In this document: positions 39,301-53,100 of the stretch, in pieces
Layout: each line of letters opens with the position of its first letter
Position numbering within the stretch: the first letter of the stretch is position 1
Origin: Antedon mediterranea
Taxonomy: Eukaryota; Animalia; Echinodermata
Assembly (NCBI RefSeq): GCF_964355755.1
Contig: NC_092678.1
Location: 1,132,422 to 1,196,421 of the forward strand
Length of the DNA stretch: 64,000 nucleotides
Direction of reading: 5' to 3'
Made by a program: the position numbers and the translations under genes
Notes under the pieces: generated by a model
What the model was told of the DNA's origin: nothing
Seen by the model: the letters and a program-made list of their open reading frames with translations, nothing else
Database searches by the model: none

Positions 39301-42300
39301 TAGAATGGATCCGAGACCTGACTATCTTCAATAGAATGGATCCGAGACCTGACTATCTTCAATAGAATGGACCCGAGACCTGACTATCTTCAATTTTTAA
39401 ATAATAGAAAGTTTTGAAAAAATGTACGTTGTATGATGTGTATGTTTATTGAAAAATTTAGTCTTTAAATTAAATTGTATATAAGTTGTGATGAGAAAAC
39501 AGTTATTTGTTTGTTGTCAAACTTATTTTGGTGTCCGTGTGTGGAAAACAAACTCACTTGTACTACGCTTAATGTTTCAGCTTGTTGCATCTTGCTGAGG
39601 ACCGCTTTCAAAATGGCCGACAGATCGTCACCGAGTCCGATCCCAACCTTTGAGATTAAAATAGCAACAAGTCGTCCAATGAACGCAGCTGTAAACTCTG
39701 ACGTTTGCGGGTTCAGTAATTTTGAAATTGATTTTGTAATATACGAGATTCCGTTATTGCCGGCGCCATCGTGCCACGTTTTTATCTGATCAAGTCCTAC
39801 GGATACATATGCTCGTAAGCATTCACCGCCACTCTGTAAGAAACAAATTCTTTTATTTCAACAACCAATGAGCAAGCATGTAGAATATTCACCATCACTT
39901 CCGATGCTAGTCTTTTAGTTTAATACACCCCTCCCCCATCTCAACAAGCTCAAATTGTTTACATAGCCCGCATGGCAGCATTGTCATCTTCAGTTTGAAC
40001 TGGCAACACCTCCCCAAAACCCCAACCAACCCACATCCAACAAATTGTTTCCTAACCTGCATGACAGCATTGTCGTCTGATCTTAGTGTGCACTGAGCGA
40101 CTGCGGGGAAGGCTATAGTCACATGATCACTAGACAGCGGTGCACCTGTGCTTCTTACAACTGTACATAGAATATCAAGTGCTGGCTGAAACATAAAATG
40201 CATTAAGATCTATAGTAATCATTGTATAATATGCTCTGAGATTGATATGGTCCAATGGTAAGGGACCAGACTAGCATGTGAGAGGCGTGGGTTTATGCAT
40301 TAAGATCTATAGTAATCATTGTATAATATGCTCTGAGATTGATATGGTCCAATGGTAAGGAACCAGATTAGCATGTGAGAGGCGTGGGTTTAAGTAAGTT
40401 TCAGCAATATTGATTGCATCTTTAGGCAAGGTACTTTACTCTCATTGCTTTGTCCTTCAGATGAAATGTAAAGCCGTGAGTCCCATGTACAATGAACATG
40501 TACACTTGATACAGAGGGGATGGTCTCCTTTGTAGGCTCTGCACTGCTGGTGGGTTCATGGAGGGCATTCAAATGCACATTCACATTTCAAACACTCACC
40601 GACTGTATACCCATAGGTAGCTTCTCTGGGTCGCTGTTTATAATACTAACAATTGTGGGAATTAATCGTTTCTCAAGTGCATCTTTACAGTCTGGATTTG
40701 AGGCTAGCTCTTTGAAGATGTCTTCAACATATGATGCCATAATTGGGTCTATAAAGAATAAAATGTATTTTTTCAAATATTATCTCAAATTCCTGGTTTC
40801 CTTAGTGTTTTGTAGATCTATAATTGTTAACGTACTTTACCTTGACTAAATTTGAGGAACAAAGCAATTGCTAATGGTGCTATCTGCTTCTCACAAGTGG
40901 CTGTAAACGGTTTATCAATCTGTAAAACAACATAACATGTTTACAACTGCATTTGTTGTTTTCAATTCAGTTCATGTTTATCATCGTTATAAATTGTACA
41001 CACACAGTATATAAATGATGACTTAAGGTTAACTCAGAAAATGCTGTACAAGACGTCTCGTCGGGAGCAAATAAAACATGTTTAAAGTTCTTGCGACGAC
41101 CTAAAATCTACAGCTGACACTATCTCAAGATGACCAGCTCAGACAGCACCATCGAGTCAAGATGTTTAGTCGGGCCTTGTTGTACGATGCTGTCTGAGTT
41201 GGCCGCTTTGCACGATTTGTTTGTATCTGTTTAAATGAATTGAAATCAAGTTGCTCTCAGTTATTTTCTATTTAATTAAGCAGGTTTTTTAATTAATCTT
41301 GTTTTACTTTTCTCCTAGGGGTGTCTCACACTACTATGGCATTAATCGTTTTATCTAGGTAAGTTGCCAGTTTTATTAACACTGTATACTTACTGTTAAT
41401 GCAATACTTATTGTTTCCATGACGAGAGACAGAACATCAGATGAACTCTGTTTGGCTAATTCAATCAACTCGGCCATTATCGTTGGTAAAAATGGAACCA
41501 AAATCTGACTATTATTGGACGTTTTTAGATGATCGCAGTAACCGTGGATGGCTCGCACAGCTGACACACGAACGGAAGCGGGTTGTGACGCACCAAGTCC
41601 TAACGTTGTTGCTTCTAAAAAACTGAAGAGTCATTAAAAAAATTATGAAAATACTTTATAGAAAAACCGGAGGATGTAGCATCTTCAAGATCAACTAATC
41701 AATTTAAGTCAGGTCTCAACTGACATGGTCCAACCACCCTGTGCCGTGAGCTCCGGAAACAAGTAAGTAAACAAGTAATATTCAAAACAAAAAAGATTTG
41801 TCTTACTTCTGTACTAATTTTGGTGTCATAGCTAAGGTAAACCTACTGGCAGCCCACAACGCTCGTCCTAATAAAAACGGTGAAACTGTTGAGAAATAAA
41901 AAAAAAATGTTAAATTATTGCTATGAGAATCATACGTTTTGTTATATTACACAATGTTTTAGGCTCTTTTTACACTATCAAACTTTAAGCGACACAAAAA
42001 TGTGATGCGCCCCAAATGATATATCATATCATTACCAGATTTGGGCACATCACATTTTTTTGTCAAACAAGTTTGATAGTGTAGACAGAGCGTTACACAA
42101 TGTTAATATTGATTCGTGTTTAAAACATCACAGCGTGGAAATGTACGTAATAGTTACCGGGATAATTGAGGTCCGCTAGTACCACTGTTGTCAGAAATGA
42201 CTCCATATCAAACTGCAGTTTACCACTCGCAACCTTATCACAGATTAAACTTTTTACACTACCGAGAGCCAACAGGCTCGACTCGTGAATTTTCCACCTG

Positions 42301-45300
42301 AAAAAACAAACAAGCAAACACCCTCTATTAAAAGGATTTTTTTCGACCTTTGTGAGGGACAGGCGATGTCTTTACATACATGAACTAACAGACAGATGTT
42401 ATTGTGTTATTACAGTGTTTTGGAAGTATATATATATATATATAAACAAAATGATTTTCGATCGTCCTATATTTATATACTTGTTTACCAGTAACAGTTT
42501 CCGTTGTCCTTAGCAACCTGTGCTTCTTGAAAATGCCTAGTTACTGCTGAAACTAGTCCAACGCTGCTGTCATTCTGGAACTCTGCTGCAAGTTGCTGCA
42601 ACAAACAAAATGAATATACTGTATATCTATACTTGTAAAATTATATTATTACTTATAACTACATAATTATGCTAATCAACGAATGCTAGTTATCTTACCA
42701 GTAAAAGGTCTTGGGCAGATATTCGAACGCTGTATGAGAATGTTTCAACGTCCTCGTCTTCAACAAATTGATTTGGGTTATTTGTCCAGGTTGTTGCCTG
42801 AAAAAAACCCCAATATATCATTTAAGCTCTGTCTACACTATCAAACTGACAAACAAAATTAGATGTGCCCAATTATGGTAATGATATGCTTAAATATGGT
42901 AGTGATATGACATCATCATGTCCATATATGGGCACATCACATTCTCATTCACATAAAGTTTAATAGTGTAGACAGAGCTTAAGAAAGTTTATCAGTTACA
43001 TACACACACTGAATTTAAAGGACAGAACTTTTATGCAAATTTTACCTGTTCCTCTGTAATTTGCATATATAATACGATGTAATAAAACAGCTGATCAACA
43101 CTTTTCTTGATAGTGCTTCTAAACTTTGGCGTCTCTATCATCCCATTGATAAAATCAAATACACTAAATACAAGGTTTTCAAATCCTAATACTTCACCTG
43201 AAAGAACAAATTTAACTAGAATTGAACTCGTTACGATGACGAGTTAGGCTATCGCGCAACGCATTGTAACATCAACATGCTATTTATTAGGTTTAATCTA
43301 CAGTATGCTGTACCACAATTGTTTGTACAAACGGCATTGCATCGATCAAAACCGTTCAACAAGCATTGACGGTATTGGCATTGTAAACGGTTTAGTTGAT
43401 GGTTAGTTTTTACTTTACACCACTCACGTTTATTTAAGTGTTTGAATATGATGACCTTTTCAAATAAAAAAAAAAATTCATATGTCTGAAGGAGAATGTT
43501 TTGAGTAATAACATTATTGAAAATTGATAACGTTTACGTGATATGCGCCATATGATGATGTCATAACATACCTACGGTTGCACAAATGGGGTTCTTAATC
43601 TTTAGTAGAAGACCCCTCCAAAATAATAGAACCTACCATCAGAGTCGATTGGATTGTCAGCCTCTTCTGTTCCGTTGACAACAGTTGTAATGTACACTTC
43701 AGCACTCTCTGTTAGAGTCTTCCAAATTGGGGGTAAGATTTGCGGCATGAATTTGTTCATCTGTTTGGGGTAGTTTTTAATTAGTGTTGTTAAAGCCTAT
43801 GAAAAAAAAACATACAGAGTTAATGTATATATCAGTACAAATATGTATAATAAGGTGTGTTTTTACCCAAATATAGCTTACCTCAATATAGCTTACCTCA
43901 ATATAGCTTACCTCAATATAGCTTACCTCAATATAGCTTACCTCAATATAGCTTACCTCAATATAGCTTACCTCAATATAGCTTACCTCAATATAGCTTA
44001 CCTCAATATAGCTTACCTCAATATAGCTTACCTCAATATAGCTTACCTCAATATAGCTTACCTCAATATAGCTTACCTTAATATAGCTTACCTCAATATA
44101 GCTTACCTCAATATAGCTTACCTCAATATAGCTTACCTCAATATAGCTTACCTCAATATAGCTTACCTCAATATAGCTTACCTCAATATAGCTTACCTCA
44201 ATATAGCTTACCTCAATATAGCTTACCTCAATATAGCTTACCTCAATATAGCTTACCTCAATATAGCTTACCTCAATATAGCTTACCTCAATATAGCTTA
44301 CCTCAATATAGCTTACCTCAATATAGCTTACCTCAATATAGCTTACCTCAATATAGCTTACCTCAATATAGCTTACCTCAATATAGCTTACCTCAATATA
44401 GCTTACCTCAATATAGCTTACCTCAATATAGCTTACCTCAATATAGCTTACCTCAATATAGCTTACCTCAATATAGCTTACCTCAATATAGCTTACCTCA
44501 ATATAGCTTACCTCAATATAGCTTACCTCAATATAGCTTACCTCAATATAGCTTACCTCAATATAGCTTACCTCAATATAGCTTACCTCAATATAGCTTA
44601 CCTCAATATAGCTTACCTCAATATAGCTTACCTCAATATAGCTTACCTCAATATAGCTTACCTCAATATAGCTTACCTCAATATAGCTTACCTCAATATA
44701 GCTTACCTCAATATAGCTTACCTCAATATAGCTTACCTCAATATAGCTTACCTTAATATAGCTTACCTCAATATAGCTTACCTCAATATAGCTTACCTCA
44801 ATATAGCTTACCTCAATATAGCTTACCTCAATATAGCTTACCTCAATATAGCTTACCTTAATATAGCTTACCTCAATATAGCTTACCTCAATATAGCTTA
44901 CCTCAATATAGCTTACCTTAATATAGCTTACCTCAATATAGCTTACCTTAATATAGCTTACCTCAATATAGCTTACCTTAATAACCTCCATTTTAAGACC
45001 GCTATCAGATATTTGACCATCTGGCGTGTTGAGGGCTTGAATAAATGCCTCCACAAAACTAGGTAGCAAAGGATATACAAGTTTTGCTGCTAAACCCTGT
45101 AAAAAAAAAACATTACACATTAATTTTACTAATCTTCTTTTATAGAGTAGGTGCTGTACTTGAAACCTATAGTGCCTGATTGTTAAGCTCTGTCTACACT
45201 ATCAAACTAGTTTGACAAAAAAATTGTGATGTGCCAAAATATGGTAGTGATATGACATCATCATGTCCATATATGGGCACATCACATGTTTGATAGTGTA

Positions 45301-46731
45301 GAGCTCCATACCTTTACAACTTCGTTCACGCTGAATATAAGTAATGCGCAAGTGTTAAATATCTCAACAGCCCGCCCTCTAGTTCTGATGCTGTATAGTT
45401 CTGCATTGGTGAATATTCGGTACATTTCGGGCAGGATAACTGGCGCTACGTTCGGCATCTGCATATCAGTAACCTCACGGGAAAATTCTAAGATAAATAA
45501 AACAAAGAATATTTATGTATTCATTACAATGTTTATAATCTACAATAGTATGCATACTGTATTAATACTATAAGCAACTTTTACATTGTACAATATATAT
45601 TTTCCAATAATCTCACCCGTCAGAACGCGCATGGCGCCGTGTACCGCATTTGCATCACCGCTTGTAATCAAATGCATCAGCTGTTCAAAGAGGTGCGGCC
45701 ATGCTTCTGGCCAATCCCAATGAGCGATTGCAGAAATGGCATATGCTATGCTTGAGCGCACTTTGCTTATGGACTCTTGAAGTCCTGGGAGAAGCATTCG
45801 TCGTATTTCAGTTTTTGCCTGAAAAAAAAACCAGAAATTTGTTAGTAAAATTAACACGTAAAAAGTTCATAATCAATCTTTTATGTTATTTTATTTGACG
45901 TCTTTTTTTTAAAACGAATTAATACTTACAGGTTCTGTCGGTTCTGGCGGTCTAAACTTGTCGGCATGCTGCGACCAATGACTTTCCACATATTGCTTCA
46001 ATATTACAGATGCCAACTGATAAATGCAAGGACAGATTTGTTTTTTATTTTCTGTTTTTCTAAATTGGCTAAATGAATTAGTAATAGAAAGCATTGAAAA
46101 CAAATGAAATTGTTTGTAAAAAGTAAAAACAATTGTTGAATGCAAATGAGTACCTGTCTGATGGCAAGCGCCCCCTTTGGATCGACGGTTAATTCCGCAA
46201 GGTGTACTCCAAATTCTAAAAAGAAAATCATCAGCAGAAAATTATTGAAGATGGGTTACGTCATAGACTATATATATGGCCTAGCCCTAGACTAGGCCTA
46301 GTATAGTAACGTATTCCACATCCTTCAGATGGGACTGTAAGCTGTTGGTTCATCAACAGCTGGCTGATTAAAGAATGATGTTGTTACACAGTGAATCATA
46401 GTTGCTGGTTCGATGAAACATAAAACTAAAAATCGGCCACTCTCCTCTAAGTTTGCTAGGCCCTGCTGCTCAGTAAGGTAAACCTTGTTGATACCCCCAC
46501 CAACCTCACTCATGTCCGTCTGTACTCTGTTTACAATGGGACGAGTCCTGTGTCGAGTCGGTTGGCATGGTCAACAAATAAACAAAATCACTACTTACCC
46601 TCAGTTACTTCAAGCAGTTTTATCTGTTCTTCACCTTGTATACGTACAAGCTGTTCTGGAGATAATATAGCATGCAAACTTTCTACAATGTGGTCGCGAA
46701 TAGAGCGTGTTACATCAACATTTGATGCCAT
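36386..46731 (-). CDS. IPO9: Importin-9 (multi-exon)
   Basis: [11 protein letters not shown]|[21 protein letters not shown]|[72 protein letters not shown], acidic C-terminal loop; all junctions checked are GT-AG. Confidence 0.96.
37058..37433 (-). repeat. Degenerate 17-22-bp minisatellite starting at an IPO9 donor site
   Basis: Minus-strand core GAGGTCATGTCATTAG versus true junction GAG|GTAATGTCATTAG at 37433. Confidence 0.85.
37686..37953. repeat. ~73-bp tandem repeat, about 3.5 copies, IPO9 intron
   Basis: AATCAAATGACAGGAATTTATTTAGGTGTTATATAATACAG... repeated. Confidence 0.9.
38708..39394. repeat. 31-bp minisatellite, about 22 copies, IPO9 intron
   Basis: Unit AATAGAATGGACCCGAGACCTGACTATCTTC. 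Confidence 0.95.
40199..40560 (+). mobile_element. tRNA-derived SINE remnant with tandemly duplicated head
   Basis: A-box-like TGGTCCAATGG and degenerate B box in a ~97-bp duplicated segment, then TAGGCAAGGTACTTTA and GTCCTTCAGATGAAATGTAAAGCCG resembling the Deu/Nin SINE central domain (from memory); related fragment at ~46320-46380. Confidence 0.55.
42825..42979. mobile_element. High-copy ~130-160-bp MITE (Tourist/PIF-Harbinger-like), representative copy
   Basis: TIR AGCTCTGTCTACACTATCAAACT flanked by TWA; further copies or fragments at ~237-372, 11198-11270, 26894-27037, 28755-28877, 36305-36350, 38209-38326, 41961-42091, 45186-45305, 51874-51985, 62591-62714 (last has TTA on both sides). 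Confidence 0.85.
43870..44982 (-). repeat. 15-bp minisatellite, about 74 copies, made of the IPO9 5' splice site
   Basis: Minus-strand unit GTAAGCTATATTGAG; begins at exon end 44977 and fills ~94% of intron 43797-44976. Confidence 0.97.
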
Positions 46732-47141
46732 GATGGATGGATTCTGGTGATCGAATGAACTCAGTCGTCGAATATGGCGCGAAATTTTAAAAACTTCGTC
46801 TCACTACGGTTATTCAATGATCTCCTTTTACTCAAGGTGTTTTATTCTGCGCAAACAATTCGATTTGTTTAAAATAATTATGTTATAGCAATATACAGAT
46901 GTTTAAACTGACGTAACCATCGAACATTGATGAAATTTAAAGTTTTAAAATTTCTGCTAAGTTGACTTAGCGAAACATGGCGGTCTTTTGTTTTGATTTT
47001 TATCGATGACCCGGAAGAGAAACTCACAAGGTGATCGCGACGTGGCTGATGTTTACCGGTCCTTCTAATCTAGGGTAGGTAGAAGAGCGGTTGTGGATAG
47101 AGAGGTGGTTATTTATCCTTTAAAATCAGCTGCATCTCATT
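46732..47141. promoter_or_regulatory. Bidirectional promoter IPO9/RPN1
   Basis: Start codons 410 bp apart head-to-head; CpG-containing; YY1-like AACATGGCGG (~46975) and ETS-like CCGGAAG (~47011). Confidence 0.7.
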
Positions 47142-50100
47142 ATGGAAAACTTTTCTTACTGTGCCCTATTATTATTTAGTATTTTATTTACTGGAATTGC
47201 TTCGAATCAAGATGGTATAAGTGCAAATTTAGAAAATAAATTAGTTTCTAGAAAGATTGATTTGGAGTCCCAGCTGGTAAAAATTACTGCTGAAGTAACT
47301 GTAGCGAACTCCGGCTCAACTCCAACTAAATTATATGTTCTTGCAATTGATGCAGAACTGAGCGAAAATCTGGCCTCAGTTTCCGCATCTGTAAGTATTA
47401 CTAAATATTATCATTTTATTATTTAGGCTAGGCCGAGGCCTAATAAATATAATATTTTCAAGTTTAGAATAAGCTAGCATATAGCAGTAGAAGAGCTAGG
47501 CCTAGCTAGCTAGCTATATACAGTACTTACCGACAGAGGCTAAATTAATTATATAGGCTACATGAATACTAAAATATACAGCCTAGGCTACTGTATTATT
47601 CTTTGGTAGGCCTAATTGTACTGTAGTGTGTATGTTATGCGCGATTTGAACGATTTGCGCAATTTGAAATTGCGCAAAAAAATCCTTGCGCAATTTGAAA
47701 TTGCGCAAAGAATTCTTGCGCAATTTAAAATTGCGCAAGGATTTTTTTGCGCAATTTGAAATTGCGCAATCAACTTGCGCAATTTCAAATTGCGCAAGAA
47801 AATCTTTGCGCAATTTTAAATTGCGCTGCACAATTTGTAAATTGCGCAAGATAGTTCTTGCGCAATATGACACCTTTGCGCAATTTGAAAACGAACTGTA
47901 AATTTTCCCATACATGGCTAGGCTAGGCCTAGGCAGAGGAGTTTAAAATTTAGAATAAGACCATTTCAATGAAGATAATGTTAATACTCACTTTTTAAGT
48001 TTTTAATATTAGTTTAAGCTAGGCCATGTAACCTAGTCAGTATCAGTAGTCCAGACCCTAGCTAGGCTAGAGTAGTATAGCCGGCCGCCCGCGCCGCGCC
48101 CGCCTGGTGGAACACCACCGCTTCGTTTTCCTTCGTCGGTTCTTCGACGGTATGCTAACTTATAACAATATTTGCACTACTAAAATAAGGAAATGCGATA
48201 TTTATCTTTAATTTTGAATCATTCTTAGAAATTACTATAAAAATATGGGTGTGCATGATTTCACAATCTGTCGAAAAACCTTGCGCAATTTGCAGATTAC
48301 TTGCGCAATTTAATACGTTGCTTGCGCAATTTGAAACACATGTTTCAATTCAAATTGCGCAAGGATTTTTTTTGCGCAATTTCAAATTGCGCAAATCGTT
48401 CAAATTGCGCATAACATGTACAATGCAGTAGGTATGGCGACCCTGTGGCATCCCGCCCACAATTGCCCAACAACAGTCAATACACTATTTTTTGCTTATT
48501 AAATTTTTTTCAGTCGAAGGCTGATGATGAAACCATCAATCTAGCTGTTGCAAAAACCACTATTAAAGGACAGTCGTAAGTATTTTTTACACCATACATC
48601 TCTTTAGATATTCTGTGTGTTCATTCAATAAGTAACCTTTGTGCTCAACAATCTGATCTTTTATGTCTATGACCGGTTGGGCCGCCGACAAGTTGAGCCG
48701 CCGGTAATTTCTATGAAACGCCCAGCGCGTCTTTTACGACATTTCGCGTAGTGATTAGAGCGGTGTCCTAGTACAAGTTCATGGTCTTTATGTGTATTGT
48801 GTCATGAAAATAAATAATATATAATTACATACTACAATGTTGGTTTGAACCACCATAAACAACACAGCAAAGGAAATCTTTCAAGGTAAAAATGCCGTGC
48901 ACTCTATATTTGTCTGGCGTGGACGTGTAGGCCTACCCAAAAGACTAATAGAGTATTGATATTCTTAAAATGATGTTAAATAATTAATATCTTTTATTTA
49001 CTATCTTTTAATATCATATTTTATTGAATTTTACAATTTTAATACACAAAATATTTTCCCAAAAAACGGTGATTTTATGTAATTATTTAACCTGAGGGGG
49101 CAACATGTTTACGTCATTTTTGGCTAAAAACGATCATTTTCGGTGATGTTTTAGGTCTTTTATTTTGGAATCTACAAGTACAAGTCAGATTTTCATATTA
49201 TAGTTCTTTAAAGTGTAATATTTAATACTATACTAAAAAGTGTGATATATAAACTTCGTTATCCCTAATGAAAATAGAACTTCTATTAAATAAAAAACGA
49301 GCACCGGCGAAAGTTAGCATTTGGCGTTTCATAGAAAATAACGTTTTTCTGGCGGCGGCTCAACTTGTCGGCGGCTCAACTTGTCGGCGGCTCAACTTGG
49401 CCTAATCCATTTTTTTTTATTCCAATGTCGATGGTACACAAAAAAAAACTTTTTCATTAGTATTTACTTATTTTAATTTGTTTATTTTCCAGCTTTTCAA
49501 CACAAATAAAAACATTCCATTTACTGTTAACTCGACATTAAATTTTCCAATCAAATATGCAAATTAACTAAATATTAGTAATTATTAATGGTTGCCCTTG
49601 AAGTTTGTAAACATAACAACTAATGAATTTTTAAAATTTTACTTTAGTGGAAAAGTATTGTACCGAGTAACTCTAGATAGCAATTTACCTGCTGGCGGAG
49701 AAAAGCAACTTGTGATTGAGACCGTCTACACCAACACACTTCGCCCGTTCCCAACACAGATCAAGCAGAAAGAAAAGCAATATGTAGAATTCTTAGGCAA
49801 TGGTTATTTTTATTCGCCATACAAAACCAAGTCACAAACCACTGAAGTAAAGCTAGCCTCCAGTACCATTGAGTTCTTTACTAAGCTTAGTCCAGCTGCT
49901 GCTAGTGAGGAGGTCATTACATATGGACCTTATGAGGACATTGCACCATTTACAACAGTGAGTAATCAGTCTATTATCACTTACCATTGCCATTATCATC
50001 ATCGTATCTTTTAACACCATTCATTTTATTAGTTTCAAATTGAAAGTTGTCAAGTTCGTAGCTAGGGGTTTGAGCATCGAATGAATTGCCATCCCCTCTC

Positions 50101-53100
50101 TCCCCCCCCCCCTTTTTTTTAAATTTTTTTTTTATCTAAAGTAAAGTTTTAGCTAAAACCATTTTTGTGGGAGAAGTGTTTTGTAGAAAAATGAACCCCC
50201 TATTGTTATGTTATACTGTACCTAGTTTTTGCGATAGTAGTATAATAACTGGTATGGAAATGTCATTCTAATTTCAGGGCGAAGTCCGTATACATTATGA
50301 GAACAACAACGCTTTCCTTACAATAACTAGCATGACACGTCTTGTCGAAGTTTCACATTGGGGAAACATTGCTGTCGAGGAAACCTTTGACATCCGACAC
50401 GTTGGCGCAAAGTTGAAAGGTTCATTCTCACGCTATGATTATCAACGATCGCAAGAAGGAGCATCGGTTAAATCTTATAAGGTATGTAATGATTTTGAAT
50501 AAAGAATACATTGAATTTACAGAAGTATTACAGCTATACATTACTGCAGTATTTACTAACAGCATAGGGTTTCTTCAGTAGATTTACTGCAGTAATCTTA
50601 TTCTCTTTTACACAGACCATTCTTCCAGCCTCTGCCACAGATGTCTACTATCGTGATGAGATTGGTAACATCTCCACTAGTCATCTTGTTGAGCATGATG
50701 AGTACATTGAGCTGGAGCTGAGACCTAGGTTCCCTCTGTTTGGTGGCTGGAAGACTCATTATTACATGGGTTACAACCTTCCTAGCTATGAATACCTGTA
50801 CAGCTCAGGTAAATTTTTTTACCGATAGGGAGCTTTCTTTTTTTAAAAGGGGTAATACACAAATTCAGCAACGCAAGTGTACTGAATGGCTTTTTGAAAT
50901 CTATAACTGCATAGAAGTGATCTGTTGTGAAAACAAAAGTTCCTTACTGTATGTTCTGTCTTAGTCTGGGTTCCAGACGGAGTTTTGTCTTAATATTAGT
51001 AAAAAGATAAATATTTTGGCACATCTGGCGTTTCATACGTATACTACTTGATTTTGGATAATCCGTCTGGGGAAACACGCACAAGTCACGTGGTTTGACA
51101 CCAAGAATTCTTGGTGCATATGATTATCCGGTTGACTAGTTTCAGCTGCATGCGATTGGCTACTCACTCGTACACTGTTTTAATATTCATATTTCAGAAT
51201 TTAGACAATGTGTACTTGGGTACATTTATGAAAGTTTCTGAAGGCTAGAAATTATTTTATATGCCTAGTAGTCTGGTAAACATTTGATGGGATTTTTCCC
51301 AAGAACATGAAAACTCGTCTTGATATGATAGGCTAGCTTCTCCGCAAATCAAACATTGAATGGATCATTATTACGCGGAGATAATTTTGATTTAATTCCC
51401 ACCCAGACCCTGTCCTGTTCTGTGTGGTGGTGTAGCCCTGTTGTTGTGTGCCGCCGGTGGTGGTATGTAGGCCTACTTTATTGGCGTTTTATTTGGCAGG
51501 TCATACGTGCGAATTGAGTAGGACCTACGAAAGAGGCCTAGGCCAAGGACTAAACAATTAATAAACAAAACAACTTGGCATTACGATTTTATATTTCAAC
51601 AGTCTCGATCGTACATTCAGCACTGTACGTACTCGATCTTTTTCATTTTGAAACAAAATGATCATTGGTTGATTCGAAATCCATATTTACATACCGCCCT
51701 CCCCATATAGCCAAATACGGTATGATAAACTACGTCATTCTTATCGGACGTTTGCGGTCTGCAAATCGATTTCTATACGTGTTTCACAAGTCTGTATTTT
51801 CAGACAAAAATCGCGGTCGAAATAAAAACAAATAAATAAAAAAAAAAGATAATACAGACTTGGGGCAAGTCTAGTTCTGTCTACACTATCAAACTTTATG
51901 TGACAAAAAAAATGTGATGTGCCCATATATGGACACGATGATGTCATATCACTAACATATTAGAGCACATCACACTTTTTTTTTTAATGTTGTCAACTTC
52001 ACTTGGAGAGAATAAGCCTTCTTTGTCTGTGTGTCATTGGGTCAACACATCTACAATGAATAATAATTTAAATAATTTTTCTTGTGTGTTAGGTGATGAC
52101 TACATTCTCAAGATGCGTTTCTTGGATCATGTGTTTGATGCTATGGTTGTCGATAAACTCACTGTCAAGATTATACTGCCAGAGGGCAGCAAGTAAGTTC
52201 TTACTTAAACCATGTACTTTAAATTAGACCATGCTTATTGAATGGAATGTTTGATGATTTTTCATGCTGTTTTTTCCTTTTTTTATTAATTCTTATAATT
52301 GATAGAAATATATGTTGAATTTGGAATGAGACCTATTAAGTTTTTTGTAACCATGTTGAAGGGCCAGCTGAGACAAGTTTACTTCTGGGTTGGGCCTCAT
52401 TCTTATGCTCTGTATCATTTGGATGACATTGATGAAATATATGTTTGTTGAATTTGAAGTTATTTTATTATTATTATTATTTTTTTATTTTTCATTGTCA
52501 TATAGGAATATGAAGTTGGAAACGCCATACTCAGTTTCCCAGGACAAGAATGATGTTCATTTCACATACTTGGACACGATTGGACGACCAGTAATCATCG
52601 CCCATAAATCCAACCTTGTTGAACAACACATCCAAGACTTTGAGGTAAGCCATAACGATTAAACGCCCCCTAAAAACCCGCCTGAATTATAAAAACCCCG
52701 GGCGAATAAATAGTAATAAATATATAAAAAGTAATACAAATTGATTGCCATTTAGTTTATCTGTCAGAACAGCAAATTTGAAGTTTATCTTTTATTTTCC
52801 TAGCTTCACTACAGTCAGCAAAGAATGCTTCTACTCCAGGAACCACTACTGGTTGTTGGTGCATTCTATCTGCTATTTCTAACAGTTATCATCCTTGTCA
52901 GATTGGACTTTTCCATTACCAAGGTAAGTCCTTAAAGGCGCTAACGTGTATATATATAAGAGTACGTCAACAATATTACAAGCGCTAATGTATAATATAT
53001 AAGAGTATATCGGAAATAGAAGTGCTAACGTATACTATATAATAGTACATCAAAAATAGATGTAATACTTTCATTTTAGCTCCCAACCTGGATTCGCTAT

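Noticed and set aside
38708-39394. CRISPR-like 31-bp repeats
   Set aside because: Head-to-tail with no spacers; an ordinary minisatellite that does not overlap a splice site.
40240-40395. tRNA gene
   Set aside because: Only degenerate A/B boxes without a cloverleaf; interpreted as a SINE head.
43843-45066. 407-aa (LNIAY)n ORF on the + strand
   Set aside because: Antisense reading of the 15-bp splice-donor array; no independent gene evidence.
46320-46430. Possible intronic C/D snoRNA (hairpin plus CTGA on -)
   Set aside because: No proper C box or terminal stem; the sequence resembles the SINE central domain seen at ~40450.
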